From: Rhodobacterales bacterium
GTDB taxonomy: Bacteria; Pseudomonadota; Alphaproteobacteria; Rhodobacterales; CAZPXZ01
NCBI GenBank assembly: GCA_965217995.1
Contig: CBDCKB010000002.1
Location: 40,385 to 104,384, forward strand
Direction of reading: 5' to 3'
Length of the DNA: 64,000 nt
The stretch's first letter is position 1. Each line of letters begins with the position of its first letter. Shown here in pieces: positions 42,801 through 53,800 of the stretch. A model generated the notes under the pieces. The model was not told the DNA's origin. It was given only the letters and a program-made list of their open reading frames with translations, and made no database searches. The position numbers and the translations under genes are program-made.

Positions 42801-43400
42801 CACTTGGTAACCTGCTGTAACCTGCTGTAACCCACTGTAACCACTCGGTGACCTATTGTAACCTGTTGTAACCCACTGTAACCACTCGGTTACCTGCTGT
42901 AACCCACTGTAACCACTCGGAAACCTGCTGTAACCTGCTGTAGCCCACTGTAACCATTAGGTAACCCACTGTAACCACTCGGTAACCTGCTGTAACCCAC
43001 TGTAAACACTCTGTAACTTGCTGTAACCTGTTGTAACCCACTGTACACACGCAGTAACCTGCTGTAACCTGCTGTAACGCACTGTAACCCCTAGGTAACA
43101 TGCTGTAACCTACTGTAACCACTCGGTAACATGCTGTAACCTGCTGTAACCCACTGTACACACGCAGTAACCTGCTGTAACCTGCTGTAACGCACTGTAA
43201 CCCCTAGGTAACCTGCTGTAACCTACTGTAACCACTCGGTAACATGCTGTAACCTGCTGTAACCCACTGTAACCCCTAGGTAACCTGCTGTAACCTACTG
43301 TAACCACTCGGTAACATGCTGTAACCTGCTGTAACCCACTGTAACCACTCGGTAACCTGCTGTAACCTGCTGCAACCCCCTGTAACCACTCGGTCACCTG
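30900..43400. repeat. Satellite A domain VI: 2661-bp HOR with additional partial or rearranged copies
   Basis: Markers ending at 31771, 31985, 32696, 33270 and 34067 recur at exactly +2661 (34432, 34646, 35234/35357 region, 35931, 36728). There is 1 codon difference in 268 codons and 1 in 330. Further copies lie at 36496-38387, 38305-41531 and 41521-43161 with different spacing (1073, 1917 and 1813 bp between homologous starts). Domain-specific variants include ctgtgtaagcactcgg, ccactgtacacacgcagtaacc, cctgccactgtaaccaattgg and ccactagtttacc. Confidence 0.88.
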
Positions 43401-44439
43401 CTGTCACCCACTGTAACCTCTCGGTAACCTACTGTATCCTTCTTTAACCCACAGTAACCACTCGGTAACCTACTGTAACTTGCTGTAACCCACTGTAACC
43501 ACACGGCAACCTGATGTAACCTGATGTAACCTGCTGTAATCCGCTGTAACCACTCGGTAACCTCCTGTAACCTGATGTAACCCACTGTAACCACTCGGTA
43601 ACCTACTGTAACCTGCTGTAACCCACTGTAACCACTAGGTAACTTGCTGTAAGTTGCTGTAACTCACTGTAACCACTCGGTAACCTGCTGTAACGTGCTG
43701 TAACCCACTGTAACCACTCGGTAACCTGCTGTAACCTGCTGTAACCCACTGTAAGCACTCGGTAACCTGCTGTAACCCACTGTAACCACTCGGTGACCGC
43801 TGTAATCTGCAGTAACCCACTGTACCCACTCGGTACCCTGCTGTAACCTACTGTAACCCACTGTACCCACTAGGTTCCCCGCTGTAACCTGTTGTAACCC
43901 ACTGTTACCACTCGGTAACCTGCTGTAACCTAATGTAACCCACTGTAACCACTCAGTAACAAGCTGTAACCTGCTGTAACCCACTGTAACCACTCGGTAA
44001 CCTGTTGTAACCTGCTGTAACCCACTGTAACCACTCGGTAACCTGCTATAACCTGCTGTAACCTGCTGTAACCCACTGTAAACACTCGGTAACGTGCTGT
44101 AACCTGCTGTAACCCACTGTAACAACTCGGTACCTGCTGTAACCTGCTCTAACCCACCACAACCACTCGTTAACCTGCAGTAACCTGCTGTAACCCACTG
44201 TAACCACTCGGTAACCTGCTGTAACCTCCTGTAACCCACTGTAACCACTTGTTAACCTGCTGTAACCTGCTGTAACCCACTGTAACCACTCGGTGACCTG
44301 CTGTAACCATGCTGTAACCCACTGTAACCATTCGGTAACCTTCTGTAACCAGCTGTAACCCACTGTAACCACTCGGTAACCTGCTGTAACCTGCTGTAAC
44401 CCACTGTAACCACTCGGTAACCTGCTGTGACCTGCTCTA

Positions 44440-47400
44440 AACCACTGTAATCACTCGGTAACCTGCTGTAACCCACTGTAACCTCTCGTTAACCTTCTCT
44501 AACCATGCTGTAACCCACTGTAACCACTCTGTAACCTGCTGTAACCTGCTGTAACCCATTGTAACCACTCGGTGACCTGCTGTAACCAGCTGTAACCCAC
44601 TGTAACCACTCGGTAACCTGCTGTAACCTGATATAACCCTCTGTAACCACTCGGTAACCTGCTGTAACCTGCTGTAATCCACTCGGTAACCTGCTGTAAC
44701 CTGCTGTAACCCACTGTAACCACTCGGTACCCTGCTGTAACCTGCTGTAATCCATTGTAACCACTCGGTAACCTGCTGTAATCCACTGTAACCACTCGGT
44801 AACCTGATGTAACCTGCTGTAACCAGCTGTAACCCTCTGTAACCACTCTGTAACTTGCTGTAACCTGATGTAACCCACTGCAACCACTCTGTAACCTGCT
44901 GTAACCTGCTGTAACCACTCGGTAACCTGCTGTAACCGGCTTTAACCCGCTGTAACCACTCGGTAACCTGCTGTAATCCACTGTAACCACTCGGTAACCT
45001 GCTGTAACCTGCTGTAACCTGCTGTAACCCACTGTAACCACTCTGTAACTTGCTGTAACCTGCTCTAACCCACTGTAACCTTCGGTAACCTGCTGTAACC
45101 TGCTGTAACCCACTGTAACCATTCGGTAACCTGCTGTAACCACTTGTTAACCTGCTGTAACCCACTGTAACCACTCGGTGACCTGCTGTAACCATGCTGT
45201 AACCCACTGTAACCATTCGGTAACCTTCTGTAACCTGCTGTAACCCACTGTAACCACTCGGTAACCTGCTGTAACCTGCTGTAACCCACTGTAACCACTC
45301 GGTAACCTGCTGTGACCTGCTCTAACCCACTGTAATCACTCGGTAACCTGCTGTAACCCACTGTAACCTCTCGTTAACCTTCTCTAACCATGCTGTAACC
45401 CACTGTAACCACTCTGTAACCTGCTGTAACCTGCTGTAACCCATTGTAACCACTCGGTAACCTGCTGTAACCAGCTGTAACCCACTGTAACCACTCGGTA
45501 ACCTGCTGTAACCTGATATAACCCTCTGTAACCACTCGGTAACCTGCTGTAACCTGCTGTAATCCACTCGGTAACCACTCGGTAACCTGCTGTAACCTGC
45601 TGTAACCCACTGTAACCACTCGGTAACCTGCTGTAACCTGCTGTAACCCATTGTAACCACTCGGTAACCTGCTGTAATCCACTGTAACCACTCGGTAACC
45701 TGATGTAACCTGCTGTAACCAGCTGTGACCCACTGTAACCACTCTGTAACTTGCTGTAACCTGATGTAACCCACTGCAACCACTCTGTAACCTGCTGTAA
45801 CCTGCTGTAACCACTCGGTAACCTGCTGTAACCGGCTTTAACCCGCTGTAACCACTCGGTAACCTGCTGTAATCCACTGTAAACACTCGGTAACCTGCTG
45901 TAACCTGCTGTAACCTGCTGTAACCTGCTGTAACCCACTGTAACCACTCTGTAACCCACTGTAACCTTCGGTAACCTGCTGTAACCTGCTGTAACCTGCT
46001 GTAACCCACTGTAACCATTCGGTAACCTGCTGTAACCTCCTGTAACCCACTGTAACCACTTGGTAACCTGCTGTAACCTGCTGTAACCCACTGTAACCAC
46101 TCGGTAACCTGCTGTAACCATGCTGTAACCCACTGTAACCATTCGGTAACCTTCTGTAACCTGCTGTAACCCACTGTAACCACTCGGTAACCTGCTGTAA
46201 CCAGCTGTAACCTGCTGTAACCCACTGTAACCACTCGGTAACCTGCTGTCATCTGCTCTAACCCACTGTAATCACTCGGTAACCTGCTGTAACCCACTGT
46301 AACCTCTCGTTAACCTTCTCTAACCATGCTGTAACCCACTGTAACCACTCTGTAACCTGCTGTAACCTGCTGTAACCCATTGTAACCACTCGGTAACCTG
46401 CTGTAACCAGCTGTAACCCACTGTAACCACTCGGTAACCTGCTGTAACCTGATATAACCCTCTGTAACCACTCGGTAACCTGCTGTAACCTGCTGTAATC
46501 CACTCGGTAACCACTCGGTAACCTGCTGTAACCTGCTGTAACCCACTGTAACCACTCGGTAACCTGCTGTAACCTGCTGTAACCCATTGTAACCACTCGG
46601 TAACCTGCTGTAATCCACTGTAACCACTCGGTAACCTGATGTAACCTGCTGTAACCAGCTGTAACCCACTGTAACCACTCTGTAACTTGCTGTAACCTGA
46701 TGTAACCCACTGCAACCACTCTGTAACCTGCTGTAACCTGCTGTAACCACTCGGTAACCTGCTGTAACCGGCTTTAACCCGCTGTAACCACTCGGTAACC
46801 TGCTGTAATCCACTGTAACCACTCGGTAACCTGCTGTAACCTGCTGTAACCTGCTGTAACCTGCTGTAACCCACTGTAACCACTCTGTAACCCACTGTAA
46901 CCTTCGGTAACCTGCTGTAATCTGCTGTAACCCACTGTAACCATTTGGTAACCTGCTGTAACCTCCTGTAACCCACTGTAACCACTTGGTAACCTGCTGT
47001 AACCTGCTGTAACCCACTGTAACCACTCGGTAACCTGCTGTAACCATGCTGTAACCCACTGTAACCATTCGGTAACCTTCTGTAACCTGCTGTAACCCAC
47101 AGTAACCACTCGGTAACCTGCTGTAAACTGCTGTAACCCACTGTAACCACTCGGTTACATGCTGTAACCTGCTGTAACCCACTGTAACCACTCGGTAACA
47201 TGTGGTAACCCACTGTAACTACTCGGTTTCCTGCTGTAACCTGATGTAACCCACTGCAACCACTCTGTAACATGCTGTAACCTGCTGTAACACACTGTAA
47301 CCACTCGGTAACCTGCAGTAACCCACTGTAACCACTCGGTACCCTGCGGTAACCTGCTGTAACCTGCTGTAACCCACTGTAACCACTCGGTAACCTGATG

Positions 47401-49590
47401 TAACCATGCTGTAACCCACTGTAACCACTCGGTAACCAGCTGTAAGCTGCTGTAACCCACTGTAACCACTCGGTAACCTGCTGTAACCGGCTCTAACCCA
47501 CTGTAATCACTCGGTAACCTGCTGTAACCCACTGTAACCTCTCGTTAACCTTCTCTAACCATGCTGTAACCCACTGTAACCACTCTGTAACCTGCTGTAA
47601 CCTGCTGTAACCCATTGTAACCACTCGGTAACCTGCTGTAACCAGCTGTAACCCACTGTAACCACTCGGTAACCTGCTGTAACCTGATATAACCCTCTGT
47701 AACCACTCGGTAACCTGCTGTAACCTGCTGTAATCCACTCGGTAACCACTCGGTAACCTGCTGTAACCTGCTGTAACCCACTGTAACCACTCGGTAACCT
47801 GCTGTAACCTGCTGTAACCCATTGTAACCACTCGGTAACCTGCTGTAATCCACTGTAACCACTCGGTAACCTGATGTAACCTGCTGTAACCAGTTGTGAC
47901 CCACTGTAACCACTCTGTAACTTGCTGTAACCTGATGTAACCCACTGCAACCACTCTGTAACCTGCTGTAACCTGCTGTAACCACTCGGTAACCTGCTGT
48001 AACCGGCTTTAACCCGCTGTAACCACTCGGTAACCTGCTGTAATCCACTGTAAACACTCGGTAACCTGCTGTAACCTGCTGTAACCTGCTGTAACCTGCT
48101 GTAACCCACTGTAACCACTCTGTAACCCACTGTAACCTTCGGTAACCTGCTGTAACCTGCTGTAACCTGCTGTAACCCACTGTAACCATTCGGTAACCTG
48201 CTGTAACCTCCTGTAACCCACTGTAACCACTTGGTAACCTGCTGTAACCTGCTGTAACCCACTGTAACCACTCGGTAACCTGCTGTAACCATGCTGTAAC
48301 CCACTGTAACCATTCGGTAACCTTCTGTAACCTGCTGTAACCCACTGTAACCACTCGGTAACCTGCTGTAACCAGCTGTAACCTGCTGTAACCCACTGTA
48401 ACCACTCGGTAACCTGCTGTCATCTGCTCTAACCCACTGTAATCACTCGGTAACCTGCTGTAACCCACTGTAACCTCTCGTTAACCTTCTCTAACCATGC
48501 TGTAACCCACTGTAACCACTCTGTAACCTGCTGTAACCTGCTGTAACCCATTGTAACCACTCGGTAACCTGCTGTAACCAGCTGTAACCCACTGTAACCA
48601 CTCGGTAACCTGCTGTAACCTGATATAACCCTCTGTAACCACTCGGTAACCTGCTGTAACCTGCTGTAATCCACTCGGTAACCACTCGGTAACCTGCTGT
48701 AACCTGCTGTAACCCACTGTAACCACTCGGTAACCTGCTGTAACCTGCTGTAACCCATTGTAACCACTCGGTAACCTGCTGTAATCCACTGTAACCACTC
48801 GGTAACCTGATGTAACCTGCTGTAACCAGCTGTAACCCACTGTAACCACTCTGTAACTTGCTGTAACCTGATGTAACCCACTGCAACCACTCTGTAACCT
48901 GCTGTAACCTGCTGTAACCACTCGGTAACCTGCTGTAACCGGCTTTAACCCGCTGTAACCACTCGGTAACCTGCTGTAATCCACTGTAACCACTCGGTAA
49001 CCTGCTGTAACCTGCTGTAACCTGCTGTAACCTGCTGTAACCCACTGTAACCACTCTGTAACCCACTGTAACCTTCGGTAACCTGCTGTAATCTGCTGTA
49101 ACCCACTGTAACCATTTGGTAACCTGCTGTAACCTCCTGTAACCCACTGTAACCACTTGGTAACCTGCTGTAACCTGCTGTAACCCACTGTAACCACTCG
49201 GTAACCTGCTGTAACCATGCTGTAACCCACTGTAACCATTCGGTAACCTTCTGTAACCTGCTGTAACCCACAGTAACCACTCGGTAACCTGCTGTAAACT
49301 GCTGTAACCCACTGTAACCACTCGGTTACATGCTGTAACCTGCTGTAACCCACTGTAACCACTCGGTAACATGTGGTAACCCACTGTAACTACTCGGTTT
49401 CCTGCTGTAACCTGATGTAACCCACTGCAACCACTCTGTAACATGCTGTAACCTGCTGTAACACACTGTAACCACTCGGTAACCTGCAGTAACCCACTGT
49501 AACCACTCGGTACCCTGCGGTAACCTGCTGTAACCTGCTGTAACCCACTGTAACCACTCGGTAACCTGATGTAACCATGCTGTAACCCAC
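44440..49590. repeat. Satellite A domain VII: 2171-bp HOR (sub-blocks 936 + 1235 bp), about 2.4 copies
   Basis: 45361 vs 47532 was checked at nucleotide level. Translations 46310..47191 vs 48481..49362 (293 codons) and 46320..47273 vs 48491..49444 (317 codons, a different frame) are identical. 45374..46297 vs 47545..48468 differ at 1 codon. The boundary motif recurs at 44485, 45370, 46306, 47541 and 48477. Confidence 0.92.
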
Positions 49591-50699
49591 TCTAACCACT
49601 CGGTAATCTGCTGTAACCTGTTGTATCCACTCGTTATCTTGCTGTAACCTGCTGTAACCCACTGTAACCACGCGGTAACCTGCTGTAACCCACTGTAACC
49701 ACTCGATAACCTGCTGTAACCTGCTGTAACCCACTGCAACCACTCCGTAAACTGCTGTAAACTGCTGTAACCTGCTGTACTCACTGTAACCACTCGGTAA
49801 CATGCTGTAACCTGCTGTAACCCCTTGTAACCACTCGATAACATGCTGTAACCCGCTGTAACCTCTCGGTGACCTGCTGTATCTTGTTGTAACCCACTGT
49901 AACCACTCGTTAACCTGCGGTAACCTGCTGTAACCCACTGTCACCACTCGGTATCCTGCTGTAACTTGCTGTAACTCACAGTGTGACCACACGGTAACCT
50001 GCTGTAACACACTGTAACCACTCGGTACCTGCTGTAACCTGCTGTAACCCACTGTAACCACTCGGTAACCTGCGGTAACCTGCTGTAACCTGCTGTAACC
50101 CACTGTAACAACTCGGTGACGTGCAGTAACCTGCAGTAACCTGCTGTAACCCACTGTAGCCAATCGGTTGCCTGCTGTAACCTGCTGTAAGCCACTGTAA
50201 CCACTCGGTAACTTGCTGTAACTTGCTGTTGCCCACTGTAACCTGCTGTAACCAGCTGTAACCCACTGTAACCACTCTGTTACCTGCGGTAACTTGCTGT
50301 AACCTGCTGTAACCCACTGTAACCACTCGGTGTCCTGTAGCAACCTGCAGTAAACTGCTGTAACCCACTGTAACCAATCGGTTACCTGCTGTAACTCACT
50401 GTAACCACTCGGTAACTTGCTGAACTTGCTGTTGCCCACTGTAACCTGCTGTAACCCACTGTAACCTGCTGTAACCTACTGTAACCCACTGTAACCAATC
50501 GGTAACCTGCTGTAACCTCCTGTAACCCACTGTTCCCACTTGGTAACCTTCTGTAACCTACTGTAACCCACTGTAACCACTCAATAACCTGCTGTAACCT
50601 GCTGTAACCCATTGTAATCACTCGGTAACCTGCTGTAACCTGTAACCCACTGTAACCACTCGGTAACCTGCTGTAACCCATTGTAACCACTCGGTAACC
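49590..50699. repeat. Satellite A distal edge: same monomer family, no HOR, more degenerate monomers
   Basis: HOR identity with the previous copy stops near 49590. Aberrant monomers include ctcacagtgtgaccacacggtaacc (about 49975-50000), ggtgtcctgtagcaacctgcagtaaactg (about 50328-50356) and cttgctgaacttgctgttgccc (about 50417-50437). Confidence 0.55.
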
Positions 50700-50753
50700 A
50701 CGCAGAGAAACGCTAAAATAGTGGTTATTGAGCAACCATAAACACAAAAATGG
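50700..50753 (+). repeat. Isolated fragment (about 0.6 unit) of satellite C between satellite A and junction J1
   Basis: acgcagagaaacgctaaaatagtggttattgagcaaccataaacacaaaaatg matches the C sub-variant at about 60170-60224, 61226-61284 and 61447-61506 (gagtggttattgagcaaccat.ggcacaaaa.tg). Confidence 0.8.
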
Positions 50754-50824
50754 GTTGTTACTTCGTGTAAGAGTCACGAAATATGCTTAGTCAGCTTAGA
50801 TATGCAACTAATTGGCCTAATGGT
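50754..50824 (+). other. Junction element J, copy 1 (71 bp, non-satellite leader from which the B array starts)
   Basis: The sequence is gttgttacttcgtgtaagagtcacgaaatatgcttagtcagcttagatatgcaactaattggcctaatggt. It is 63/71 identical to 61916-61986. Its 3-prime end (ggcctaatggt) already resembles a B unit. Confidence 0.85.
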
Positions 50825-53800
50825 GTGTGAGGGGGCCTACACGTGTCTGAGGGTGCTTAATGGTATCTACTAGTGTCTGAGGGTGCCTACTGGTGCCTGA
50901 GGGTGCCTAGTGGTGTCTGTGGGTGGCTATGGGTATCTGTGGGTGACAACGGATGTCTGAGGGTGCCTACTGGTGACTGTAGGTGCCTAAGGGTATCTGA
51001 GGGTGCCTACTGGTGTCTGTGGGTGCCTACTCGTGTCTGAGAGTACCTACCGGTACCTACTACTGTCTGAGAGTGCCTACTGGTGTCTGAGGGTGCCTAC
51101 TTGTGCCTAAGGGAGCCTACTGGTGTCTGTGGGTGCCTAACGGTGTCTGTGGGTGTGGACAGGTGTGTGAGAATGCCTACTCGTGTCTGTGGGCACCTAC
51201 GGGTGTCTGAGGGTGCCTACTGGGATCTGTGGGTGCCTACTGGTGTCTGAGGGTGCCTATGGGTATCTGTGGGTGCTTATTTGTGCTTGTGGGTGCCTAC
51301 TGGTGTCTGACAGTACCTACTGGTATCTCAGTGTGCCTACTGGTGTCTGTGCGTGCCCACTGGTGTCTGAGTGTACCTACTGGTATCTGTGAGTGCCTAC
51401 TGGTGTGTAAGAGTGCCTATTGGTGCCTAAGGGTGACTACTGGTGTCTGTGGGAGCTCACGGGTGTCTGTGGGTGCCTACTGGTGCCTGAGGGTGCCTAC
51501 TAGTGTTTCAGGGTGCCTACGGTTGTCTGAGGGTACCTACTGGTGTCTGAGGGCGCCTATGGGTGTCTGTGTATGCCAACTAGGGACTGTGGGTGCCTCC
51601 TGGTGTCTGAGGGTGCCTACCGGTGTCTGAGTGTGCCTAATGGTGTCTGAGGGTACCTAATAGTGTGTTAGGGTACCTACATGTGTCTGAGGGTGCCCAC
51701 TGGTGTTTGAGGGTGCCTTCTAGTGTCTGAGAATGCCTACTTGTGCCTGAGGGTGCCTACTGGTGTCTGAGGGTGCCTACTGGTGTCTGAGGGTGTCTAC
51801 GGGTGTCTGTGGGTACCTACTGGTGTCTGAGGGTGCTTACTGATGTCTGAGGGTGCCTACGGGTGTCTGAGGGTGCCTAGTGTTGTCTGAGGGTTCCCAC
51901 TGGTGTATGAGTGTGCCTAATGGTGTCTGAGGGAACGTAATGGTGTCTTAGGGCTCCTACATGTGTTTGATGGTGCCCACTGGTGTCTGAGGGTGCCTTC
52001 TGGTGTCTGAGGATGACTACTGGTATCTGTGGGCGCCTACTGGTGCCTGAGGGTACCTACTGGTGCCTTCTGGTATCTGAGGGTGCCTACTGGTATCTGA
52101 TGGTCCCTATTTGTGCCTGAGGGAGCCAATGGATGTCAGTTGGTACCTACTGGTGACTGTAGGTGCCTGCTGGCGTCTGAGGGTGCCTACTGGGGTCTGT
52201 TGGTACCTAATGGTGGTGCACACAGGTGTCTGAGAGTTCCTATTGGTATCTGAGGATGCCTACTTGTGCCTAAGGGTGCCTACTGGTGCCTTCTGGTGTC
52301 TGAAGTCGCCTACTGGCATCTGTGGGTGTCTACTGGTATCTGAGGGTGCCTACTGGTGTCTGAGCGTGCCTACTGGTGTTTTAGGATGCCTACTGGTGCC
52401 TGTAGGTGCCTACTGGTATCTGAGGGTGCCTATGGGTGTCTGTGGAAGCCTACTGGTGTCTGAGAATGGCCAATGGTGGTACACATAGTTGTCTGAGAAT
52501 GCCCATTGGTATCTGAGGAAACCTACTGGTGCCTAAGGGTGCCTACTGGTGCCTTCTGGAATCTGAAGGCGCCTACTGGCATCTGTGGATGCCTACTGGT
52601 GCCTGGGGTGCCTACTGATGTCTGAGCGTGCCTACTGGTGTCTGAAGGGGCCTACTGGTATCTGTGGGTGCTTACTGTTGCTTAAGGGTGTCTACTGGTG
52701 TCTACTGGTATCTGAGGTTTCCTACTGGTGTCTGAGAATGCCTAGTGGTATCTGTGGTTGCCTACTGGTATCTAAAGGTGCCTATTGGTTCTAACTGTGC
52801 CTACACGTGTCTGAGAGTTCCTATTGGTTCTAACTGTGCCTACTGGTCTCTGAGGGTGCCTACAGGTGCCTGAGGCTACCTACTACTGTCTGAGGGTTCC
52901 TACTGGTGTTCGAGTGTGGATACTGGTGTCTGAGTGTGCCTACTGGTTTCTACTGCTGTGTGAGGGAGCCTACTGGAGTCTGTGGGTGCCTACTTGTGCC
53001 TGAGGGTAACTACTGTTGTCTGACGGTACCTACTGGAGTCTGAGGGTGTCTAATGGTGTGTGAAGGTGTCTGAGGGTTCCTACTGGTGCCTGAGATTGCC
53101 CACTGGTAACTTCCGGTGACTGAGGGTGCCTACTGGTGTCTGTGGTTAGCTACTGGTGCCTGATGGTGCCTACTTGTGTCTGTGGGTGCCTACTGGTGTC
53201 TGAGGGTTCCTACTGGTATCTGAGGATGTCTACTGGCATCTGTGCGTGCGCACTTGTGTCTAAGGATGCCTCATGGTGTCTGAGGGTTCCTATTGGTGTC
53301 TGAGAGGGCCTGTGGGTGCCTACTATTTTCGGAAGCTGTCTACAGCAGACTGAGCAGGCCTGCTGGTGTCTGTGGGTAGCTACTGTTGTCTGAGGGTGCT
53401 TACTGGTGTCTGAGGATGCCTACAGGTGCCTGAGGGTGCCTACTGGTGCCTTCTGCTGTCTGAGGATGCCTACTGGTGCCTGAGGGTGCCTAATGGAGTC
53501 TCAGGGGGCCTACTGGTGTCTGTGGATGCGTACTTGTGACTGAGGTTGCCTCATGGCGTCTGAGTGTTCCTGCTGTTGTTTGAGAGGGCCTATAGGTGCC
53601 TACTAGTGTCTGAAGGTACCTGCGGATGTCTGTGAGTACCTGCTGTTGTCTGTGGGGATCTACTGGTGTCTGAGGGTACCTACTGGTAACCGTGGGTGCC
53701 TGCTGGTGTATGTGGGTACCTACTGGTGTCTGAGGGTAACTAATGGTGTCTGCGGGTATCTGAAGTTTCATACTGGTGTCTGAAGGTGCCTACTGTTGCC

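Larger units (their letters stand above)
1..50699. repeat. Satellite A: uninterrupted head-to-tail array of a 41-bp monomer (on the order of 1,200 monomer equivalents), single polarity
   Basis: Perfect iterations can be read directly, e.g. 1505-1640: CTGTAACCACTCGGTAACCTGCTGTAACCTGCTGTAACCCA = GTAACCACTCG + GTAACCTGCT + GTAACCTGCT + GTAACCCACT. Length variants of 31 bp (about 3345-3385) and 21 bp (about 4001-4036) arise by loss of 10-bp sub-repeats. All track ORFs across 1-50777 are on the minus strand, so polarity never flips. No non-satellite insertion was seen anywhere in the array. Confidence 0.97.

Noticed and set aside
1-50699. CRISPR-like regular short repeats
   Set aside because: The repeats are directly adjacent with no unique spacers, there is no leader and there are no cas genes. 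The hierarchical HOR organisation is that of satellite DNA.
1-50699. Telomeric or subtelomeric repeat (GGTTAC-containing 10-mers)
   Set aside because: There is no TTAGGG, TTAGG or TTAGGC-type unit. The unit is 41 bp with HORs. A chromosome end cannot be inferred from this window.
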